Below, in pieces: positions 37,866 through 46,855 of a stretch of 64,000 nt of DNA. Both the position numbers and the translations under genes were made by a program. Under the pieces are notes generated by a model. It searched no databases. It was given only the letters and a program-made list of their open reading frames with translations, and was not told the origin of the DNA. Location: contig JBAXXL010000011.1 in assembly GCA_037127915.1 (NCBI GenBank), forward strand, positions 17,480 to 81,479, read 5' to 3'. The stretch is from a bacterium. Lineage in GTDB: Bacteria; Bacteroidota; Ignavibacteria; Kapaibacteriales; UBA2268. The stretch's first letter is position 1. Each line of letters opens with the position of its first letter.

Positions 37866-38570
37866 TTATTTACCTTTTTCAAGTTCCTCAAAAGATATAT
37901 CCATGAGTTTAAAATTTTTCCAGTCTTGATAATCGAAATGCCACCATTCTGTTGGAAAAACCGTAAAACCGTATTTGGACATTACTTTAATCAATCTTGA
38001 GCGGTTATTACTGACAATTTTTGACACATCGGTATCATTGGGATTTGCTTTTACAGTAAAATCATCATACCCCGTAGGCATTTCTAATTCTTTTCCCGTA
38101 CTCAAATAGACCAAACTAACATCGACTGCGCAACCTCGATTATGCCTCGAGCCATACTTCGGATTTGCACAAAAATTCGAATCCGGCATAACTTCATAAA
38201 ACTTCATCGTGGCTTGATATGGGCGGTAAGCATCATAAATTTTCAGTCCGATTTTTTGCTTTGACAATTCTTTTTGAACCATCTTTAAAGCTTCTGCGGC
38301 AGGTAACCTCAGAAACGCCATTGGTTTTGAGTATATTATTTGATGAGTGAAATTATTTGTACTAGCATAACGGATATCAAGTACAATACCCGGAATAAAT
38401 TTTTCTATATCAACCAATTGGTTGCTTTTATTTATAGTTAAACAGCTATCATATTGCGATATTGTTTGAACAATATCCAGTCCATAAGGATTACTTTTTA
38501 TATTTTGCGCGCGAGTACAAATTCCAAAAATTAGAACTAAAAATATAACAGAAATTAGTTTCCTATTCAT
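37866..38570 (-). CDS. Exported M15D D-Ala-D-Ala dipeptidase (VanX/DdpX-like)
   Basis: Signal peptide. YDAYRP, SRHNRGCAVD, and WWHFDY zinc/active-site blocks. Confidence 0.75.
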   Translation of the reverse strand: MNRKLISVIFLVLIFGICTRAQNIKSNPYGLDIVQTISQYDSCLTINKSNQLVDIEKFIPGIVLDIRYASTNNFTHQIIYSKPMAFLRLPAAEALKMVQKELSKQKIGLKIYDAYRPYQATMKFYEVMPDSNFCANPKYGSRHNRGCAVDVSLVYLSTGKELEMPTGYDDFTVKANPNDTDVSKIVSNNRSRLIKVMSKYGFTVFPTEWWHFDYQDWKNFKLMDISFEELEKGK

Positions 38571-38578
38571 AATCGTAC

Positions 38579-41500
38579 CTATTCATTATCAGGGAAATAT
38601 AATATACGTTCATTTTTCATATATACTTTATAAGCTTGTTTAGGATTGATATATGACAGGTTTTTGAATCCAAAAGGAATATAAAACTTACCGACATTAT
38701 CTTTTACAATCGTTATGTCATATTTAGCATCATTGAATAAGGTATCAATTTCCATTACATCATCAGTACTGACACCCATTATATTCCAGCCATAAGATAG
38801 TTTTACAGGGTCATATATTGAATTGATCCTATCTCCATAGATTTTGAATTTTTCATCAGCCGTCATAAATACCGCATAACCGACACGTTCGTCATAATCA
38901 CCAATTGTATTAACAGACGAACTTCCGGTTTTCAAATAAAAACTTCCACTAACACTTTTGGCTATAACCAAAGCCGATACTTTTTTGAATACTGAATCCG
39001 CAAGGCTGAACTTAGGATCAATGTATGAGGACATTAGATTCCAACCTTTATATAATTGAATTTCTATGGAATCGTTAATTATTGGTAAATTTTCGACTTC
39101 AGTTGTAGCGGATTTGATATACCGTCTCGGACCACTTTTTATATTGATATAACCTATAGTATCGCGTTGCTTTTTCCCATCCCAAAGCTTAAAAATATAT
39201 TTGTCATAATCGCTGATTCCATCTTTCGCGGAGGTTGAATGATTGTCACCACGCACTTTAATAGAAATATCTTTTTTCATATAAATAGTATAACCTACAC
39301 AGATCAATGTCTTTCCACTTTTATAGAAAATTCCGACTGCGTCTCCTTTTTCAAAAGCGCGGCCATTTATTTTTGGATTTATTGCTGTAGGGATTAATAC
39401 TGTCGCAAAGTTATCAGTCAACTCTGGTAATTCCCAAGGTGGCGGTGCAGGCACAAAATCATTTTTTGCTACAAAAGCAATGTTATCATAAGCGGATGGT
39501 GTGGAAACTACTATATCACCAAAACTCGCTTTCGAAGCAAAGTTGCCAGCCAGAAAATCTTCGCCATCTTTATAAGTCGCAATAGAATTAACTTTGTCGT
39601 TTCCGGTACCTCCGGCAGTATAAGCATACAAGTTTTTTAATAAGCTATCTTTGCATAAAACAAATATATCTTTTTTACCTTTTGATGTATATGATTTGCC
39701 TGCTAATGAAATCGTATTTTCAAATTGACCAGCAAGGTAAAATTTATCTTTGTCCTTCATAATCGAAAGAATTTTATTTTCACCTGTTGAGCCGAATTTT
39801 TCGACAGTCTTGTACTCAAGTGATGGATTTAATTTCGCTAAATAACCACTAATTGCGGCATCGGAATATAAATACATAGAACCAAAATAGGCTAATCCTG
39901 TAAACTGTCCACCAATGTAGCAGTTTAAAGAATCATCAACAAAAACAGAATATGCCTTTTCATTAAATTCGGCACTGCCACATCCCGTTGCGGCGAGCCA
40001 TGTCCCATTTGTATCGGCCTTCGCCAAAAATGAATCATCATTACCTTTTGATGTAACCAAAATACTTCCGAAATATCCTCCATTAAAGAGACTACCAACA
40101 ACGTATAGTTTATCATTTTTGTCAATTGCTAAATCGTATACTTCTTCATTGTCTTCCCCACCTGCGGTTTTAATCCATTTCCAGTTTCCGGCGCTTGTAA
40201 TTTTAGCTGTAAAGATATCATCCATACCTCTTGAGGTCACGTTAATTGCCCCAAAATCTGCCTCTTCGTAAAAATTTCCGGCTAAAAATATTTCACCCTT
40301 AGAATTAATTTTTATTGCTCTTGCTACATCGAAATCAATTCCACCGCCGCTTCTAACCCATTGAAATTCCGCAGAGCTATTAAGCTTAGCTACATAAGCA
40401 TCTTCTATTCCGGCAGAAGTCATATCTGTACTACCGAAACTTGCTTGGCCATAATAACTACCTGCAATATAAATATCCCCAGCTGAAGAAATAGCTAAAT
40501 CATATCCGATATCATCACCTTGTCCACCAGCTGATATTGCCCAAATCCATGTACCGTCATAAGCACATTTTGCTATAAAAATATCCGATCCGCCAGTACT
40601 TTGTAGAGTTGTGGAACCGAATTTCAATTCGCCGTAGTAATATCCAATAACATATTTATTACCATCGCCATCGGTAGCAATAGATTTTACTTCGCTTTTA
40701 AGTATAGCACTAGGAATCACATTAATAGATTTCCAAGATCCCGCCGCATATTGAATGGCTTCGAAAATATCGCTTTTTTCCAAAGTATTCACAGTTTTTG
40801 AGCCGAATTTAATTAGTCCTGCACCAGTACCTATATGGTATAATTGTCCTGTGGCGATTTCGATGCTACCGCCTAATTTATCGTCACCTTCACTTCCACC
40901 GGTTGAAACCATGTTAAATGTTCCATCTGTTGTATAGCTTGCTATAAATATATCATCACCGCCATTTGATTCGTAACTTGTTCCGTTGAAATCAATATAA
41001 TCAGAATATGTACCCGAAAAATAAATATATGTTGAATACGAAAATACGTCATAACCAGAATCATCCTGCGTTCCACCGGCAGTTTTTACCCAAGAATTTG
41101 TTCCAACTGTATCGACAACGGCAAAAAAAGCATCCGTAGATCCTTCTGATGTTACAGTTTCAGTGATGAAATCAGCGTCGCCCGAAAAAGAACCTGTGTA
41201 ATACAGCCTACCGGAATTATAACTTATGGCTTCAGCCAGGTCCATTCCTGCACCTCCAACCGGCTTTACCCATATCCAATCCCCATTTTTGGAAATTTTT
41301 GCTGTAAAGGCATCATAAGAGCCTTTACTGACAACAGTATTAGTCCCAAAATCGGCAGTTCCTGCAAAATATCCGCATATATAGATATACTTTGTATCCA
41401 TATCCAATGATGTTCCCTGATCTTTCAATGTTCCGCCGGCTCTTCTCACCCATTGCCACGTTCCTGATGAATTGATTTTCGCAACAAATATATCGATGGA

Positions 41501-42094
41501 TGAACTATTTGAAGTAACAGAATATGATCCGAAAGTGGCTTTAATTTTAAATAAACCAGTAACATAAGAAGTACCATCTGAATCAGTTTTAATGGAATAT
41601 GCTTCATCACCATAAGTTCCACCTGCTTTTTTTGCCCACTGCCAAACACCGGCGGAAGAAATCTTTGCTACGAATAAATCTTTATTTGCGGCATATATTG
41701 TTGTGGAACCAAACGTAAGATCGTCGTTGAAATAACCTGCTATATAAGCATTACCGGACCCATCAAGTGAAATAGAATTTGAATAGTCTGCTGATTTACC
41801 TGTGGCTGATGTAACCCATAACCAATTTCTGTCTTTATCAGCTTTTGCTACGAAAATATCATAACCATCAACGGCATTGATGGTATCTGAGCCAAAAACC
41901 AATCTGCCGTCAAAATGTCCTGTAATGTAGTAATTTCCGGAATTATCCTTCACAATATCTGTTACTATTTCATTGCCGGAATATCCTTTGGATGCATCTG
42001 TAATTTCAGGTATAGTAACATCTGTCCATATTTGTGCAGAAAGTGAATAAGTTGATAAAATAAATATCAGTATTATTATTCTATATAGTTTCAT
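38579..42094 (-). CDS. Giant SBBP-type beta-propeller repeat protein, secreted, without recognisable T9SS CTD
   Basis: Signal peptide. About 14 repeats of the form D.SGN.Y..G.F.....FG........G..D.F.AK....G...W. The ~330-aa C-terminal region has GWN(L/I)M motifs. Confidence 0.7.
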   Translation of the reverse strand: MKLYRIIILIFILSTYSLSAQIWTDVTIPEITDASKGYSGNEIVTDIVKDNSGNYYITGHFDGRLVFGSDTINAVDGYDIFVAKADKDRNWLWVTSATGKSADYSNSISLDGSGNAYIAGYFNDDLTFGSTTIYAANKDLFVAKISSAGVWQWAKKAGGTYGDEAYSIKTDSDGTSYVTGLFKIKATFGSYSVTSNSSSIDIFVAKINSSGTWQWVRRAGGTLKDQGTSLDMDTKYIYICGYFAGTADFGTNTVVSKGSYDAFTAKISKNGDWIWVKPVGGAGMDLAEAISYNSGRLYYTGSFSGDADFITETVTSEGSTDAFFAVVDTVGTNSWVKTAGGTQDDSGYDVFSYSTYIYFSGTYSDYIDFNGTSYESNGGDDIFIASYTTDGTFNMVSTGGSEGDDKLGGSIEIATGQLYHIGTGAGLIKFGSKTVNTLEKSDIFEAIQYAAGSWKSINVIPSAILKSEVKSIATDGDGNKYVIGYYYGELKFGSTTLQSTGGSDIFIAKCAYDGTWIWAISAGGQGDDIGYDLAISSAGDIYIAGSYYGQASFGSTDMTSAGIEDAYVAKLNSSAEFQWVRSGGGIDFDVARAIKINSKGEIFLAGNFYEEADFGAINVTSRGMDDIFTAKITSAGNWKWIKTAGGEDNEEVYDLAIDKNDKLYVVGSLFNGGYFGSILVTSKGNDDSFLAKADTNGTWLAATGCGSAEFNEKAYSVFVDDSLNCYIGGQFTGLAYFGSMYLYSDAAISGYLAKLNPSLEYKTVEKFGSTGENKILSIMKDKDKFYLAGQFENTISLAGKSYTSKGKKDIFVLCKDSLLKNLYAYTAGGTGNDKVNSIATYKDGEDFLAGNFASKASFGDIVVSTPSAYDNIAFVAKNDFVPAPPPWELPELTDNFATVLIPTAINPKINGRAFEKGDAVGIFYKSGKTLICVGYTIYMKKDISIKVRGDNHSTSAKDGISDYDKYIFKLWDGKKQRDTIGYINIKSGPRRYIKSATTEVENLPIINDSIEIQLYKGWNLMSSYIDPKFSLADSVFKKVSALVIAKSVSGSFYLKTGSSSVNTIGDYDERVGYAVFMTADEKFKIYGDRINSIYDPVKLSYGWNIMGVSTDDVMEIDTLFNDAKYDITIVKDNVGKFYIPFGFKNLSYINPKQAYKVYMKNERILYFPDNE

Positions 42095-42124
42095 TATTAG
42101 CTTAATTTAATGTTTATTGATATG

Positions 42125-42132
42125 CAAAAATA
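42125..42132 (-). promoter_or_regulatory. Candidate -7 box (TAttTTTG on the minus strand) for the SBBP gene
   Basis: Plus strand reads caaaaata, 31 nt upstream of the ATG at 42094. Confidence 0.3.
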
Positions 42133-42193
42133 CCATTTAATTTTTATATACCAATGTTGACAACTTTTGAGAAGATATATTGCAGTTTATAAT

Positions 42194-42221
42194 TAATTTT
42201 GTAAATTGTAATTTAGTTTTG
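42194..42221 (+). promoter_or_regulatory. Candidate -7 boxes for dnaE
   Basis: taattttg (42194-42201) and tagttttg (42214-42221), 23-50 nt upstream of the ATG at 42244. Confidence 0.3.
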
Positions 42222-42243
42222 AAAATCTTTTATAATTATAAAT

Positions 42244-45200
42244 ATGTCATTTGTTCATCTTCATAATCATACACACTATTCTCTATTAGACTCTTCACTT
42301 AAGCCTAATCAACTCGTTGCGGCCGCTAAAGCCGACAATCAACCAGCAGTTGCACTTACCGACCATGGCGTCATGTTTGGTGCGATTGAGTTCTATAAAT
42401 TATGCAAAAAGGAAGGCATTAAGCCGATTATTGGAATAGAAGCCTATATGTCAACTACTGACCGTTTTTCAAAGGCGGAAAAAGTGGACGGCAAAGCAGG
42501 CAAAAATTATTACCATATCATTTTATTAGCCAAAGATGTAAAAGGTTATAAAAATCTTTGCAAATTATCTTCCATCGGATTTTCGGAAGGTTTCTACAGA
42601 AAGCCGCGTATAGACAAAGAAGTACTTGAAATGTATAAAGAAGGGCTTATTTGCACTACCGCTTGTATGGGTGGAATCGTAAATTCCGATATTATCGCTC
42701 GTGATTTGGTTAAAGCCAAGAGCGAAGCTCAATATTATAAAAACCTCTTTGGTGATGATTTCTATATGGAAATCCAAAGACATAAATATGATTCTGACGA
42801 ACAGCTTATACACGATGCCGCGAAAATCGCCCGCGAATTGGATATAAAACTAATATGCACAAACGATACGCATTACTTGAAAAAAGAACATTCTGACGCG
42901 CATAATATCCTTTTAAATATCGGTAGCTCTCAAAAGAACAATGATATAAATGTTTTACGCTACGGCACACGTGAGTTTTACTTTAAAACCGCCGCCGAGA
43001 TGAAAGAATTGTTTTCCGATTACCCTCAAGCTATTGAGAATACATTAGAAATAGCTGATAAGTGTAATCTTGAAATTGATCTTAAAACCATCTTTATGCC
43101 GATCTTCCCTATTCCTGAAACCTCGACATCCAAAACCCTCGATGAATATTTGGAAGAATTGACCTATGAACGTTTAGCTAAAAAATTTCCTGATAACTCA
43201 ATCCCTGAAGATTATTTGGAGCGTACTAAATTCGAATTGAAAGTTATTATAGACATGGGATTCCCTGGATATTTTTTAATTGTCCAAGACCTTATCCAAA
43301 GTGCTAAAGAACGTGGTGTTCCGGTTGGTCCGGGCCGTGGTTCTGCCGCAGGCAGTTTGGTTGCTTATGGTTTGGGCATAACAAATATTGATCCATTAAA
43401 ATATGATTTACTATTTGAACGCTTTCTTAATCCAGACCGTATTTCTATGCCCGATATAGACATCGATTTTTGCGATGAGAATCGTCCTAAAGTACTTCAA
43501 TACATAACTGAAAAATATGGTAAAAATTCAGTTGCTCAAATTGTTACTTTTTCCAGTTTAACAAGTAAAGCTGTAATAGCTGACGTTGGCAGAGTAATGG
43601 ATATTCCTTTGGATCAAGTGCGATCGATAACTTCAGCAATTCCTTCGTTCCAGGGAAAGGTAATGAAGCTTGCTGAAGCCTTGGAATTACCTGATTTGGA
43701 ATGGCTGAAAAATAGCAAAGATGAAAACATTCGCAAATTTTTAGCAAATTGTTTAGTGTTAGAAGGTAATTACCGCGGACGTGGCACACATGCCGCAGGT
43801 GTAATTATCGCACCATCGGATGTTGTAAATTATATTCCGACGTGTACACCATTAAAAGATAAACAAGGTGATGAAGGCGGTGTTGATTTAGTAACACAAT
43901 ATCCTAATTCGGGTAATGAAATAGAAGAATGCGGTTTATTAAAAATGGATATATTGGGTTTACAAACGCTATCCATTATTGAAAAAACTCTAAGAATGAT
44001 TGAGTTTAATCATAAAATAAAAATCGATTTAGATAATATTCCACTCGATGACCCAAAAACTTATGATATGATTGGTCGTGGCGAAACAAATGCTGTTTTT
44101 CAATTTGAATCTCCCGGAATGCAAGAGTATTTGAAACAGTTAAAACCTCAAAGTATTGAGGATTTGACTGCTATGAACGCGCTTTATAGACCGGGACCAA
44201 TTAGTAATATCCCCGATTTTATTGACAGACAAACAGGCAAAAAAGATATTGAATATCTCCATCCTTTGATGGAAAGCGTTCTAAAGAAAACCAACGGAAT
44301 CATAGTTTACCAAGAACAGGTTATGAAGCTTGTACAGATAATAGGAAATTTTTCTCTTGGAGAAGCAGATATTTTACGACGCCACATGAGCAAGAAAAAA
44401 AGATCTGAAATGGATAAGATGAAACCGCAATTTATGAGTGGAGCCCGCGAAAAAGGAATCTCCAATGAAATTGCGGAACAAATATTCGAATTAATATTTA
44501 AATTTGCTGATTATGGGTTCAACAAATCTCACTCTGTAGCATATTCTTATGTAGCTTATCAAACAGCTTGGTTAAAAACTCACTACACAGCTGAGTTTAT
44601 GGCCGCAAACATGACTGCCGAAATGATGAAGCCCGAAAAACTGACTGTGCATTTGGAAGAAGCCAAAAAAATGGGGATTAAAATTTTACCGCCCGACATA
44701 AACCGCTCCTTTGCAACATTCCATGCCGTTGATAAAAAGAATATTTATTACGGTTTGGCCGGTATAAGAAATGTAGGAATAAACGTAGTGGAATCGGTTT
44801 TAGAAGCAAGAACAGACGGACCTTTTAAAACATTTTTTGATTTTTATACCCGTGTGGACAAAAAAGCAATAAACAAACGCGCATTAGAAGGTTTGATTTA
44901 TGCCGGTGCTTTTGATGCAATGACCGATGGAAAGCGCGCTTCATTATTTGCTTCTATGGATTTAGCTAATGATTATATGAAAGCTGTTGAATATCATTTA
45001 GCAAACAATACTATTAATTTATTCGGTGATATCGATAATACTACTACTGTTAAAGAACCTGATTTGTTAGAAGTTCTTGAATGGTCTCAGTTAGAAAAAC
45101 TCTTACGCGAGAAAGAATACCTTAATTTGTATATATCTGGTCATCCGTACCAGATTTTTGAATCGAAAATCAAAATGCTGTCCAACTTAATGATTCGCGA

Positions 45201-45735
45201 TGCGGAGCAAATGGTGCATCAATCGAAAATCAAAATCGGAAGCTTTTTAAGCGATGTCACGTTGAAACGTACCAAGGATGGAAATTTATTTGCGGTTCTA
45301 AGGCTTGAAGATATATATGGCAGTATTGAAGCCCTAATTGTTCAAAAGAAATTAAATGCGAACAATCTTCAATCAAAACTAATTGCAAATACACCCGTAT
45401 TTATTATTGGTTCTATTCAACATAGAAATGATTCCACTACAATCATGGTTGACGAATTGTATTCGCTTGATGAAGCTTTAGATAAATATAGTGCAGGTTT
45501 CAAGATATTTATTAATACCGATTCTACCACCTGCGAAAAAATAGAACAAGTTAAGAATTTAGCTAACGATAACATCGAAAAAAATAACGACATCGTTTTT
45601 TCGTTGTATAGTTTGAATTCTGATTTCAGACGTGAATACAAAGCAAATTTTCAAATTGAAGCTAATAAGGCTAATTACGCTAAATTACAAAGTATATTTA
45701 GTCCTGAAAATGTTAAATTTATAATAAAAACTTAG
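42244..45735 (+). CDS. dnaE: DNA polymerase III alpha subunit
   Basis: PHP domain FVHLHNHTHYSLLDS, the polymerase core (GPGRGSAAGS, MPDIDIDF), and an OB-fold tail. 1163 aa. Confidence 0.95.
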   Translation: MSFVHLHNHTHYSLLDSSLKPNQLVAAAKADNQPAVALTDHGVMFGAIEFYKLCKKEGIKPIIGIEAYMSTTDRFSKAEKVDGKAGKNYYHIILLAKDVKGYKNLCKLSSIGFSEGFYRKPRIDKEVLEMYKEGLICTTACMGGIVNSDIIARDLVKAKSEAQYYKNLFGDDFYMEIQRHKYDSDEQLIHDAAKIARELDIKLICTNDTHYLKKEHSDAHNILLNIGSSQKNNDINVLRYGTREFYFKTAAEMKELFSDYPQAIENTLEIADKCNLEIDLKTIFMPIFPIPETSTSKTLDEYLEELTYERLAKKFPDNSIPEDYLERTKFELKVIIDMGFPGYFLIVQDLIQSAKERGVPVGPGRGSAAGSLVAYGLGITNIDPLKYDLLFERFLNPDRISMPDIDIDFCDENRPKVLQYITEKYGKNSVAQIVTFSSLTSKAVIADVGRVMDIPLDQVRSITSAIPSFQGKVMKLAEALELPDLEWLKNSKDENIRKFLANCLVLEGNYRGRGTHAAGVIIAPSDVVNYIPTCTPLKDKQGDEGGVDLVTQYPNSGNEIEECGLLKMDILGLQTLSIIEKTLRMIEFNHKIKIDLDNIPLDDPKTYDMIGRGETNAVFQFESPGMQEYLKQLKPQSIEDLTAMNALYRPGPISNIPDFIDRQTGKKDIEYLHPLMESVLKKTNGIIVYQEQVMKLVQIIGNFSLGEADILRRHMSKKKRSEMDKMKPQFMSGAREKGISNEIAEQIFELIFKFADYGFNKSHSVAYSYVAYQTAWLKTHYTAEFMAANMTAEMMKPEKLTVHLEEAKKMGIKILPPDINRSFATFHAVDKKNIYYGLAGIRNVGINVVESVLEARTDGPFKTFFDFYTRVDKKAINKRALEGLIYAGAFDAMTDGKRASLFASMDLANDYMKAVEYHLANNTINLFGDIDNTTTVKEPDLLEVLEWSQLEKLLREKEYLNLYISGHPYQIFESKIKMLSNLMIRDAEQMVHQSKIKIGSFLSDVTLKRTKDGNLFAVLRLEDIYGSIEALIVQKKLNANNLQSKLIANTPVFIIGSIQHRNDSTTIMVDELYSLDEALDKYSAGFKIFINTDSTTCEKIEQVKNLANDNIEKNNDIVFSLYSLNSDFRREYKANFQIEANKANYAKLQSIFSPENVKFIIKT

Positions 45736-45743
45736 GGAGATTT

Positions 45744-45947
45744 ATGGCAACTAAAAAAGCAAAAACAGTATTGTCTTGGATTATAGCAGTCGTTATAGCT
45801 TATTTTGTAATAAAATTGTTATTTTATAGTTTAGGTGTAGCATTTTTCCTAGCTTTTACTTTTATAAAATTTATTATCGTTATTGTTTTATTAGCAATAA
45901 TTGCTGTTCCTTTATATGCCATTATTAGAAGGAAGTTTATCAAATAA
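45744..45947 (+). CDS. Small two-TM membrane protein
   Basis: 67 aa with two hydrophobic helices. GGGAG lies 6 nt upstream of the ATG. Its stop overlaps the next start (TAATG). Confidence 0.4.
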   Translation: MATKKAKTVLSWIIAVVIAYFVIKLLFYSLGVAFFLAFTFIKFIIVIVLLAIIAVPLYAIIRRKFIK

Positions 45948-46855
45948 TGCGTAAATCCCTAATTATAATATTAATACTAATACCAATTTTTGTCTCGGCA
46001 AGAATTATCCCTGATAGTATTCCGGCAAATAGTGATGTAAAATATATATTCCGATTAAAAAGCGGTGACGAATTTAACGGATTTGTTACTGAAAACGGCG
46101 AAAAAGACGAATATGGTAAATACCTAAAATTGCAAACAACTCTCGGCATACCAAAAATCTATTACACTGAAATTGATGGTGTCCAGGAATATAACAATAT
46201 CTATAAAAATGACCATAGAGTATTTCTTTTGCCGACCGCCGAACCAATTGCCGGTGCACCATTCGTCGGTAATTATGAAGCCTTTTTCTTTTATGGCGGA
46301 TTCGGAATAACTCAGTATTTTTCATTAACCGCCGGTACAACCGCCATTCCGCTCTTATATAAAGGTCAACAGTTTTCGGTTATTAATGTAAAATCAACCT
46401 TTCTAACTGTTCCTTTCGACTCAATTGACGGTCATTTGTCATTGGCTTTGGGTGGCAATGTCTCGTTTATAAATCAAGATAACCGCCTAATTCATATTTA
46501 TACTGCCGCAACACTCCGTTTCAAACGATCCAGCTTTACTGCAAATGTCTTTTATAAAACAGGATCTGATGATTTTTATGAGATTGACATTATGAATCTT
46601 AATCCGTACCCGCTTTACTATGCAAATGGAACTATTGGCTTCGGTATGGGTATAGATGCGAAATTTCCCGGTAGAAATAACTTGTTTTTCACAGGTGAAA
46701 TCTGGAATCAGAATATGGGTGATTTAAGAAGCTCAGCATTTACTTTAGGATTTCGGTCGGTTTATGATAAACTTTCTATGGAATGGGGTTTCCTTCTTTT
46801 GACGAATCCATATATTGTCCCCTATTTCGGATTTACTTGGACGCCATTTAATTAG
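45947..46855 (+). CDS. Hypothetical outer-membrane beta-barrel-like protein
   Basis: Signal peptide, alternating hydrophobic beta-strand pattern, and an aromatic C-terminus ...FGFTWTPFN. Confidence 0.4.
   Translation: MRKSLIIILILIPIFVSARIIPDSIPANSDVKYIFRLKSGDEFNGFVTENGEKDEYGKYLKLQTTLGIPKIYYTEIDGVQEYNNIYKNDHRVFLLPTAEPIAGAPFVGNYEAFFFYGGFGITQYFSLTAGTTAIPLLYKGQQFSVINVKSTFLTVPFDSIDGHLSLALGGNVSFINQDNRLIHIYTAATLRFKRSSFTANVFYKTGSDDFYEIDIMNLNPYPLYYANGTIGFGMGIDAKFPGRNNLFFTGEIWNQNMGDLRSSAFTLGFRSVYDKLSMEWGFLLLTNPYIVPYFGFTWTPFN

Noticed and set aside
45940-46340. Minus-strand ORFs (69 and 84 aa) overlapping the small membrane protein and beta-barrel genes
   Set aside because: They are antisense to longer ORFs that have signal peptides and operon-like start/stop overlaps. 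Their composition is Arg/Leu-rich, which is typical of antisense frames.
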